NCBI GenBank assembly: GCA_021799185.1 | Contig: JAJZAW010000001.1 | Span: 1 to 52,149 of the forward strand | DNA: 52,149 bases | Reading direction: 5' to 3' | From: Thermoplasmata archaeon | GTDB lineage: Archaea; Thermoplasmatota; Thermoplasmata; Thermoplasmatales; Thermoplasmataceae | In this document: positions 41,546 to 50,189 of the stretch, in pieces | How positions within the stretch are numbered: position 1 is the first letter of the stretch | How the letters are laid out: each line of letters opens with the position of its first letter | Made by a program: the position numbers and the translations under genes | The notes under the pieces: generated by a model | The model's input: only the letters and a program-made list of their open reading frames with translations | Database searches by the model: none | Told to the model about the DNA's origin: nothing

Positions 41546-41571
41546 ATAACCCCTAAATCATTAGGGATCAA
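41546..41571 (+). promoter_or_regulatory. Palindromic operator, copy 3 (membrane-protein operon promoter)
   Basis: ATAACCCCTAAA-TC-ATTAGGGATCAA, 10/12 to consensus in each arm, followed by GG-TTATCA. Confidence 0.7.
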
Positions 41572-41625
41572 GGTTATCACCGGAAGCAAATAACAGCGCA
41601 GTATAAGTTTGTGTGAGCAGGTGGT

Positions 41626-42054
41626 ATGGTGGATAAGGAATACATTTCCATAAACATGATCTATTTCGGGCAGGCTTTCATTTATCTTCTTGGGGGAACA
41701 GTGCTTTTCCTGTTGCGAGGTGCCATGGGAATTCCGGTGGCATCCGACAGCATCTCAATTATCTGGCTGTTTGGCTTCGTTGCTTCCATGATATTCGGGA
41801 TAACAAACATAATGGTTCCGTCGTATGCCAGGCGCACCCCATTTAAGGTAAGCGCAATAAAAGCAGAGATAGTGCTTCTGAACATTGCAATCATCTCTCT
41901 GGGCGTGGCCATGAATGTGCATGAACTGAGGATGCTTTTTGCACCTGCTGTTATAATACTGCTTCTGTCTATTCTAATCCACACATATGATCTGCTGACA
42001 GTCAGGCGGAGGCCAGTTTCGAGTATGGAAACGCAGAAAGCCAGCAACCCTTAA
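41626..42054 (+). CDS. Four-TM membrane protein
   Basis: AGGTGGT Shine-Dalgarno; WLFGFVASMIFGITNIMVP resembles the His/Gly-Phe helix repeat of NnrS/heme-copper-like membrane proteins. Confidence 0.7.
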   Translation: MVDKEYISINMIYFGQAFIYLLGGTVLFLLRGAMGIPVASDSISIIWLFGFVASMIFGITNIMVPSYARRTPFKVSAIKAEIVLLNIAIISLGVAMNVHELRMLFAPAVIILLLSILIHTYDLLTVRRRPVSSMETQKASNP

Positions 42055-42067
42055 GGCGGGTGAACAT

Positions 42068-43270
42068 CTGGCTTCAACCTTTTCAAACAAACGCTCCAGG
42101 CTTGTCATATTATTTCTCCTGGCATCCATAACGTTTCTGGCGGTCGGTTTCTCCATTGGTATGGCTAAGCTGGCAGAACAGCACGGGTTTCTGGAAAATA
42201 ACAGTCTTGGATCATATATTTCAGTTCATCCCGTTCTGATGGTGTTTGGAGTTATTGGGGGGCTTTTAATTGCGGAAAAAATCGAGATAATGAACAGATT
42301 CCTTATTTTCAGGCGAGTTCCGGTTTCATATCCCATACTGGTAACAATTCTTACCGGTATTGTATCGCTCTCCCTTGGATACGCTGTTGGGCTGGCAGTT
42401 TTGAGATATGCAGGAACAGGACTGATTGCGACAGCAGGCCTTCTGTTTATGTGGTTTATGGTTTCCAGGCGAAATCCAGGAAACGTCTGGGTCAAATTAA
42501 TTATGGGGTCTGCACTTGCGGCATTTTCCATTGGTTCAATTGCCGAATCCATGATATCTGCCACAAAATCCCCGGCAGTTGCATTGCTGCTGTTGTCATT
42601 CCCGATCATATATATCCTTGGCGAGCGCATCGAACTTGGACTCATGCGGAATATCAGCAAGAGCACAATGAAACTGCTTGTGTTTTCGTCAGCTGTTATC
42701 CCATTTATATTATTTGCCTCCAGCCTTTATGGCAGAACACTTGCAGGGCGCATTCTCTTTGACGCTTCCATTGTTTTTGTCCTCATCATGGTCATTACAT
42801 CCATAAAATTCGATCCGTCAACAAGGAAAATGAAAGTTTCCGGGAAGCTTCAGTCCTTTATGCAGTCGGGTATAATCTCATCATACATATGGCTTTTAAC
42901 CGGGATATTCCTTTACCTTATGCAGGTAAATGTGGAAAGGGGTTTTATGGACCCGGCAACTCACTCAATTGCCCTGGGATTTATAGGATTATTCATAATT
43001 GCACACAGCCCAATTATCTTTCCGCTAACCCTGAAATTGAAAGCAGACACCAGCCGTGTGACAAAATTTCCCATATACGCAATGAATATTGCCGTGTTTC
43101 TGCGTGTAGGCGGAGATCTGATATCAATGAAGTACGGAGTTGGGAATCTGATGGCCTATTCTTCCGTTTATATGCTGATAATAGCTATAGTCCTCTTCTT
43201 CTTCAATATATTAAGGATACGGCAGTCACCGGGAACTGAGTCAAAAGGGATGGCAAGAAATATTACGTGA
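42068..43270 (+). CDS. Multi-TM NnrS/DrpA-like membrane protein
   Basis: VHPVLMVFGVIGGLLIAEK, ILGERIEL, THSIALGFIGLFIIAHSPIIFP motifs. Frame is open upstream of ATG 42161 to CTG 42068, which follows GGTGA. Confidence 0.7.
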   Translation: MASTFSNKRSRLVILFLLASITFLAVGFSIGMAKLAEQHGFLENNSLGSYISVHPVLMVFGVIGGLLIAEKIEIMNRFLIFRRVPVSYPILVTILTGIVSLSLGYAVGLAVLRYAGTGLIATAGLLFMWFMVSRRNPGNVWVKLIMGSALAAFSIGSIAESMISATKSPAVALLLLSFPIIYILGERIELGLMRNISKSTMKLLVFSSAVIPFILFASSLYGRTLAGRILFDASIVFVLIMVITSIKFDPSTRKMKVSGKLQSFMQSGIISSYIWLLTGIFLYLMQVNVERGFMDPATHSIALGFIGLFIIAHSPIIFPLTLKLKADTSRVTKFPIYAMNIAVFLRVGGDLISMKYGVGNLMAYSSVYMLIIAIVLFFFNILRIRQSPGTESKGMARNIT

Positions 43271-43979
43271 ATTTCTTAAGATCAGTGTCCGGAATATGCT
43301 TGTAGATTTTAGATTTTATTGTGCGTTTTCATATTGTCATTGGGCAGCCATATGTTGATGATCATCCGGGTAAAACTCATCGTAGCCAGATGTGAAAAAA
43401 TCTGTAGGATATTGCCCATTTCTGTGAGATAAGAATATACTATGCAGCTAGTTGTTGCGGAACAGAAAGATCGCATGGTATCGATGCAATTTTTTATTCC
43501 AACAATTACACGAACGAAGAAATTTATTGGTCCGTTGACATCTGCATATGAAAACAATAGTGCCGTATGGTTTGAAACCGTGAAAAAACTGCACATCGTG
43601 CCAAAATGCATATTAAAAATCCGCTCAAGGTCGCTGAATGCAACGCTTATGAGAGACCACTGGGGCATACCCTTGAAACAAGGTACGTTAGCAGATCAAT
43701 TCAGAGAATGCTATAGCCTAAGGGCATAATGTGAAAAATTAAACTGTTGTAATCGGCATTTGGCTGTGTGCCAGGAGCATGGTGCATCTCGTCAGCACAT
43801 TAACATTCATTCCGAATCAAAAACGCATATTTCATTCGTGGAATCTCTTCCAGCCATTGTCCCTTATGAAAATCACAGCACAATGATCATTGTATACAGG
43901 TCATGGGGTGCCAATAAGTGGCATATCCTGGAGCAGGCGATCAGAATCTCATAACCTGAATGATTCCTTATGGAGAAAA

Positions 43980-44471
43980 TTACAGCTCATGATGATTCAT
44001 TTTTCCTGAATACCGAACTCCCTGCCCTGCATAAATAAGCAGGAGGATGGAAAATAATATGGCAAGTATGAATCCAGTGGACATCAGGTAAGAATTCAGG
44101 TTATGCTGGCCGGCAAAAAGGAAAAATAAGCCATTTACGCCGGCAAGCACTACAGAGAAGAAGAGGCCTGCTGCTGCCATAATATTCCTGCGAACTTTTG
44201 TCTCCATGGAAAGAATTATAATTCCTATTGAGAGAAGCCCTATAAGGATACCAAAGAACATATGTGCCATTACCAGTGGGAATCCGCTGTAAAGAGGCAT
44301 AAACCCCATCATAGAAAATCCTTGCATGGGCGGTATCACAACGTAAAGATTGACATACATCCCAAGCAAAAACTGTATAAACAGAAAAAACAGAATAGCG
44401 TATAGCATTGAAAGTAAGCCTTTCACCATTATTCTTTTCTCCGGCATCATTAATAAATATACAGCTTCCAT
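43980..44471 (-). CDS. Hypothetical four-TM membrane protein
   Basis: QFLLGMYVNLYV, AHMFFG, SYLMSTGF; four hydrophobic helices. Confidence 0.65.
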   Translation of the reverse strand: MEAVYLLMMPEKRIMVKGLLSMLYAILFFLFIQFLLGMYVNLYVVIPPMQGFSMMGFMPLYSGFPLVMAHMFFGILIGLLSIGIIILSMETKVRRNIMAAAGLFFSVVLAGVNGLFFLFAGQHNLNSYLMSTGFILAILFSILLLIYAGQGVRYSGKMNHHEL

Positions 44472-45099
44472 TCTATTAAGATTTCGAATCAGTCCAGATT
44501 TCTCATGCGTTAGGGATAAAAATGCACAAAAGGAGGGAATCTCTTGCCATGAATTTTACAAATTCCGGTGTGGATAGAAATAATTAAAGTCATGGATAAA
44601 GCGCTTTCATTTCACATATTACCTGTGTAATCTGGAACGTCCATGGTTTTTACAGTGTATGCTTCTCCTCATTTTTGAATCAATTGCGTTTTTTGATACC
44701 CTAGTGGTTGTGTCACAATGCATTACTTGTTGCTTAGCCATAAATTGATTTTTTCGAGTTTCCGCACAAAGGTCAATATCCTTATCTGGACGAAACATCA
44801 CGCTTTCCTGGAGGTTTACAATTTTCCTCCATTCAGCGCTTTGCATAGCTATCCCCTTAGCATCTTGAGCTTTTCTAAAAACCTTTTTTTTGTGTAAAAT
44901 TCTTACTTGATTGTTTTTCACTTACTCGGATAAATGCACCTTGTTCTATTATTTACGGGAATGTGAAAAAACGTTAATTGTGAAGTTATTAGAAATCCTC
45001 TCATCCTAAGAGCAATTGTCAGCTCATCAGAGGAATCTTGCACTTGACTCTATTCTATCGACTGAAACGAGATATATAGGGTCAAAGAAATGTGTATTG

Positions 45100-46138
45100 T
45101 CAGGTTACATTGAGATAGATGTTAGAAGTACTAGAGAGATCAAATTTGTCATTATATTGGGCATTCAAAAAGTACTGACCAGGGTCCATCTTAAAACCGG
45201 TTGCTATATTAGAGACTGAACTGTTGATGCTCCCATTTCCGCCAGTAACAAAAACATCCGCCAATTGATTTACATTCCAAACGAATATCGTGTAATTGAA
45301 ATGATTATTGTTGGAATACCCTCCAATTTCAGAATAATTATACATCAGTTGATTTGTTGAATAATTATAATATGCTTGGAGAGAGAATGTCGGAGGCACA
45401 TGCACCTGAACAAAAGTTGACCTGGACATGGTAATATTATCTTTTCCAATTTTCACAGAAATAGTATAATTTTCTGTCGATTTTTCATAATTATGGAAGA
45501 AATATTGGAATCCTGTGTTGTTGTAATTATTCGTTTCATTGTTGGGAAGATAGTATGTCATATTCTCATTATTATTTATGACTGTCCAATTGTAGTCGAA
45601 CATTGAGATATTCGCGGAAGGAGTCAAATTTACAATATTTCCCCAGGAGGAATATGCGCCTCCATCTATATTGTGATATTCGACATTCAGTTTGTAGTTT
45701 GGAAATGTTAGGATTGAAAGTGTGGTATTGACTTCTGCGGTGTTATTACTTATTTCCGCTCCGAATTCATGAATACCATACTTATCAAGTATGTCTCGGA
45801 AAAGCAAATTTTGATTCAATGTGTACGGATACACCAATTCAGTTTCCCCTGAAATGAATTCTCCAGTTAGCTGATATCTGCTACCATTGATAACTGCATA
45901 AATTTGCGCATAAGTCTGATACTTGGAAGTAGCAACCAAAGTTAAAAATGGGACAGATTGAGTGGTATTGTTCACGTAAATGTTAGATGTTACATTGAAC
46001 TTGTCAATTTGAAAGGACAATGGCTGTGAAATTTTTTTTTGAATATATGGAGAAATTCTGATGTGATCCGATTTCAAATCCTCCGATCCCTGCAGCAACA
46101 ACTAAAACTGCAACCAGAATGACAATGGTACCTTTCAC
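45100..46138 (-). pseudogene. Asn/Tyr/Thr-rich surface protein, frameshifted at an A9 tract
   Basis: GTG 46138 begins signal anchor MKGTIVILVAVLVVAAGIGG; removing one A from the A9 run (46032-46040) joins it to the 333-aa body, which has many N-x-S/T sequons. Confidence 0.7.
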
Positions 46139-46184
46139 AATACTAAGACGTTGCGGTTGTACTTAAATTTATATATTTCTATAT

Positions 46185-47439
46185 GATAATAAATATGATC
46201 TGCTGTAATTTCTAAAAGATCCTGTACAGCCCTCATCTGCCTCCATGCTCATATACCTTCTTCCAGTGATCCATTCCCCATTTATGTCCATCATTTTGGT
46301 AACAACAAGTCTCAGAAGAGGCTGTTCCGATGGAAATGTTCCAGTCTTCCTTGTCCCCCTCTTGAATCCAAGATTCAATCTTTCCAAGGCATTTGCTGTC
46401 CTCAGCCTTTTCAGGCATGATTCATTATACGCTTTATAACTGTAAAGAGAAGAATACCATCTTTCAAACATTTCAGATGCCTTGTCCAATCCCTCCTTGA
46501 CGATGACATCATGTGCCTCTGATACAAGAGATTAATTCTCAAGTGCCTGCTTCACGATCTGCATAACAGATGACTGTTTCTTCTTTGGAATCAATTTCAT
46601 GAGATACCGCATGAAATGGACATGGCAGAACTGCCATGCTGCACCCAAAAACGATCTGGATACGGATTCCTGTATGCCCTTATGGCCATCTGATATGACG
46701 ATCCCAACTCCATTCAAGCCCCTCTCCTTCAGATCATCAAAGAATGATTCCCATTTCTTCTCCATTTCGGAATCACAGAGTTTGCATGACAGAATTTTCC
46801 CCTTTCCCTCATTATCAATGCCAATGCACACATACAGCGCTTTGTTTCCATATCTTCCGTCTTCCCTTATCTTGAAGTATGTTGCATCTATGTAGATGAA
46901 TTTCATAACATGATCTATTATCATTCAAGGAATGGTTTCACATTTGCATCCAGATCAGATGCAAGTGCTGACACATATGATGCTGATACATTCTCAATGC
47001 CTAAGGATTGAACAGCACTCATGACATTCCTGGTTGAAACACCCTGCATCTATGATTCAAGAATAACTGAGTTGAGGGCCTTCTCTATTCTTGAATATCT
47101 CAAATACATGTGTGCTGAAAGGAAACTCTCTTATCTGTGGCTTCTTGAGTTCCAGTTTTCCGTCTGTTGTTTTCAGTGTTCTTGTTCTTGTTCCATTTCT
47201 GTATCCCTTCCTCTTTTCTGTTCTATCGTATGGGAGAGAAGAGATCTGTATTCTTGCCTCCTCTTCCATGACTGTGTTGAGAAACCATTACATCAGTCTA
47301 TTCTTTCCATCCTTGCTGTCCTGAAGAAAACTACTTATTATCTCTTTCATTACATCCAATTTGCCCTGCATCTTTTCACCTCTTCAAATCAGAATTGTGC
47401 AGGACCTTTTCAATTTTACAGCAGATTTAATACACTATC
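46185..47439 (-). mobile_element. Decayed IS256-family insertion sequence
   Basis: Transposase fragments YRNGTRTRTLKT, IYIDATYFK, ISDGHKGI, WQFCHVHF, RTANALERLN, broken by stops/frameshifts. Imperfect 44-bp terminal inverted repeats at 46185-46228 and 47396-47439. Confidence 0.9.
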
Positions 47440-47946
47440 ACAGGATATTCTCAAACTGCAAATATAGAATTGGAAGACGATTATTTTCAGAATTATCAAA
47501 ATCAAGAGGCTGCTTTAATGACCTTAGTTATGAGTATACTAACTGACGGTATGAATACCTTCGGAATACCGTTACCGAATCCGTTTGACCTAGTTTTACA
47601 CTCTAATTCAACCAATCAAGAACCAGATACGTACTCTGTTGTTCATAAAGCATGTTCGCATGTGTATGACTCGTATACTTGTGGAAGGTTTGGAACCGGA
47701 TGCTATCTTATGTACAATGTCTTAGGCACTAACTACGGATTCTTGGGGCTCAACTTTAAGCGCTCTTTTACTTTCGGGTTGTACTTCAGAATAACAAATT
47801 TGTATAACATTGGGGGCACAACTTATAGTCCTGCGTACAATTATTACGACTATTCAGTAACTTACGGCATAACGGATTCTTCGACAAACACTCAATTCTA
47901 TGAGGGAACAAATAATTTATACTTCAATATGGTTGAATCAACGTAG
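47440..47946 (+). pseudogene. 3' fragment of a probable surface/secreted protein truncated by IS256
   Basis: Frame is open from the first base after the IS end (TGYSQTANIELEDDYFQ...); no signal peptide or Shine-Dalgarno; Tyr/Asn/Thr-rich. Confidence 0.55.
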
Positions 47947-47953
47947 GTGGAAC

Positions 47954-48490
47954 ATGAGAACGAAAAAGGGATTAACAGGAATAGCAGTAATTGCGGTAGT
48001 CATCATTTCGATTACCGCGGTCTCAATTTCACAGGCAGTAACACATCCAGCATATGTCTCCGTCATAAGACGGGGAAACCAGCAGGATTACCTGGTAAAA
48101 GGTACTCCATATGTTACTATGAATTTAACTATAAATAATATCAACATGACTCTTTACATGCAACTAATAACGCCTGGCGGCAATCTGCCCAGCGATACGC
48201 CATTTCTAATCGCAGTCAATGCATTTGTGGCCTCCAGTGGTAATACCTCAAATTCCATCATGATCAATGTCGCAGTGAATCACGCCTATATTAATCAAAC
48301 ATCTATTCCGACCGAGAACAATCACCATTCTGTTATAAACGGAACAATCTATCAAACTACTTACCATTCAGTGTCAGCAAATGAGTCAATCACCAATTTA
48401 ACTCAGTTTTCCGCTAAAGTTACGGTATCATTCTTTGATGGCTTTGGTCCATACTATTATTCTGTCAATACCATCAATCGGCTCATTTAA
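47954..48490 (+). CDS. Secreted/membrane-anchored Asn-rich protein
   Basis: AGGTGG Shine-Dalgarno; MRTKKGLTGIAVIAVVIISITAV signal anchor; several N-x-S/T sequons. Confidence 0.7.
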   Translation: MRTKKGLTGIAVIAVVIISITAVSISQAVTHPAYVSVIRRGNQQDYLVKGTPYVTMNLTINNINMTLYMQLITPGGNLPSDTPFLIAVNAFVASSGNTSNSIMINVAVNHAYINQTSIPTENNHHSVINGTIYQTTYHSVSANESITNLTQFSAKVTVSFFDGFGPYYYSVNTINRLI

Positions 48491-48525
48491 TCCTCGGGAT
48501 TCCTGAACTCATCTTTTTCATTTTT

Positions 48526-48637
48526 CGTTAACTTTTAAGGTAAAACTTAACGCCAGTTATATATCGATTTCCAGGTTTCCAAAGGTCAGTATATAAACCG
48601 CCATAGAAAAACCATTAAGTCTTGGCACAAACTTAAC
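48526..48637. repeat. Two related palindromes upstream of the recombinase
   Basis: CGTTAACTTT-TAAGGTA-AAACTTAACG (48526-48552) and CATTAAGTCT-TGGCAC-AAACTTAACA (48612-48637). Confidence 0.6.
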
Positions 48638-48644
48638 AGGCATT

Positions 48645-49211
48645 TTGAGGGCCATAGTCAGATCATCGGAAAAGTTTGAGGTCAGGATACTTAGACCATC
48701 GGAATGGGGGACTTTGAGGGATAACCTGGACATCAACACGAAAAGGATCTGCACTTCCCTTCTCGTAACGGGAATGAGGTATGCTGAATTGCAGAGATTC
48801 AGTGAAAATCCTGGCTGGCTGGATGGAAGGTTTGTATATCTCCCTCGAGGTTCCATGATGAAAGTCAAGGCAAAACAGAAGGAGAGGGCAATAAGGCTAA
48901 GCGATATTGGTAAAACTCTTATTTCTGATTTATTCCAGGCACCTCATCCATTGCCTGAACTTCCTGCATTTGACATGAAGCTGAGAAGATTATCGAAAAG
49001 GATCCTCGAGGGAACTCCAGTGAACAATAAGACATTCAGGAAGACCTGGGAATCCTGGCTGGTGTTTTACTATCCGGACAAGTCATTGCAGATTGCACTG
49101 AGCCAGGGCCACACCACAGTGACGCAATACGAGCATTATGTGAATATACCGTTTGATGATGAAGACAGGAAAGAGATGAAAAATTGGTTGGGGGGTGGAT
49201 CTAATCCATGA
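48645..49211 (+). CDS. Minimal tyrosine recombinase (catalytic domain only)
   Basis: LVTGMRYAEL (R), KTFRKT (K-x-x-R in place of H-x-x-R), SQGH, YEHY (catalytic Y); 188 aa, no core-binding domain. Confidence 0.8.
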   Translation: MRAIVRSSEKFEVRILRPSEWGTLRDNLDINTKRICTSLLVTGMRYAELQRFSENPGWLDGRFVYLPRGSMMKVKAKQKERAIRLSDIGKTLISDLFQAPHPLPELPAFDMKLRRLSKRILEGTPVNNKTFRKTWESWLVFYYPDKSLQIALSQGHTTVTQYEHYVNIPFDDEDRKEMKNWLGGGSNP

Positions 49212-49710
49212 TGATATTATGAGGGCTTTTGAGACTTTCACATTTCACAGGAACTTGACCCTAGATCTTTTAAATTTCCTCAGGGAAGATCAGCTCTCCC
49301 TGGCACCAATAGCAGGTGCAGGTTCATTCGGAAAGCAATTCAGGCACATTCTTGATATGGAGAGATGCTACACAGATTCCATGGTTACAGGTAGCCTTGA
49401 CTTCTTCAGGACTGACATTAACCACACCCTTGAAAATGACAAATATGGCATGATCAAAGCTCTTTTGAATGAGGATAAAAGACTTAAATCAGTTCTTTCG
49501 AAAATTCCTGAAGATGAGCTTTATAGGCTCAATATTGACTGCTCAAATGTTGTGAAATATGTTGGGGAAAAGCACAGAAAAACAAGTCCAGAAATAGTTG
49601 TTTCCTGGATAATGGAGCATGAGCTGTTTCATGATGGCCAACTTGCTCTTTATATTAGATATTTAGGAATGAAATTCCCAGAGAGCTGGATGTTCTGGGG
49701 GTTGAGATGA
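49195..49710 (+). CDS. DinB/YfiT-like four-helix metalloprotein
   Basis: FRHILDME and MEHELFHDGQL His triad. Start may be ATG 49219. Confidence 0.8.
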   Translation: MDLIHDDIMRAFETFTFHRNLTLDLLNFLREDQLSLAPIAGAGSFGKQFRHILDMERCYTDSMVTGSLDFFRTDINHTLENDKYGMIKALLNEDKRLKSVLSKIPEDELYRLNIDCSNVVKYVGEKHRKTSPEIVVSWIMEHELFHDGQLALYIRYLGMKFPESWMFWGLR

Positions 49711-49913
49711 ACTTGAATCTTTGTCTCAAAAACTTGTCCCTTGAAACTTCTGCTTTTATTTATATACTCCCTACCCATAATTTTAGTGTCCGAAAGAGAG
49801 TTCTTTTTTGGATAGCCAGCCTGCTGATCTAAGGATTGTTTGTTGCATGGCACTTTATTATCAATCCTCTAAAGTGACTTGCTGCTATACTAACTAGTAC
49901 TTTTGAAACTTCC

Positions 49914-50143
49914 ATCTATTATGTCTCAGGGCTGCTTGGGCATGAAGATCTGTCAAGCACTCAAATATATCTCCATCCATCCCAGACGCAGCAATACAGG
50001 AGGCCAAGAAGGTGAAATTTTTTCTAGGAGAAGAACCAGCGGGAATGAAACTAATGCTCCGACCGGGATTTGAACCCGGGTCGTCGGCTCGAAAGGCCGA
50101 TATGCTTGGCCGGACTACACCATCGGAGCAGAACAGTCCCTAA
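49914..50143 (+). pseudogene. C-terminal remnant of a XerC/D-type integrase running antisense through tRNA-Glu
   Basis: Translates as IYYVSGLLGHEDLSSTQIYLHPSQ, then after a 1-nt shift near 49985 DAAIQEAKKVKFF...MLRPGFEPGSSARK...NSP*. Confidence 0.75.
50055..50129 (-). tRNA. tRNA-Glu(TTC)
   Basis: GCTCCGATGGTGTAGTCCGGCCAAGCATATCGGCCTTTCGAGCCGACGACCCGGGTTCAAATCCCGGTCGGAGCA folds as a cloverleaf; TTC anticodon, no intron, CCA not encoded. Confidence 0.97.
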
Positions 50144-50189
50144 GTCTACATACTTATATGTATTTTTGTAGCGTAAACACCATTCCGGG

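Larger units (their letters stand above)
30050..50054. mobile_element. Probable degraded genomic island anchored at tRNA-Glu (left boundary uncertain)
   Basis: Bacterial-type nar cargo, AT-rich ORFans, decayed IS256, a tyrosine recombinase and an integrase remnant abutting the tRNA 3' end. No second att copy was found, so the limits are approximate. Confidence 0.55.

Noticed and set aside
43309..43954. Short ORFs between the membrane operon and the 4-TM gene
   Set aside because: Overlapping on both strands, with no motifs or ribosome-binding sites; probably non-coding or decayed.
44619..44921. 100-aa basic ORF
   Set aside because: No recognisable motif or context; cannot be supported as a gene.
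49180..49211. Possible frameshift near a G6 run changing the recombinase C-terminus (alternative GWI* ending)
   Set aside because: It lies after the catalytic Tyr and cannot be judged without aligning homologues.
29523..49913. Second att copy of the tRNA-Glu 3' end marking the island's left boundary
   Set aside because: No match found by eye, so the boundary is left approximate.
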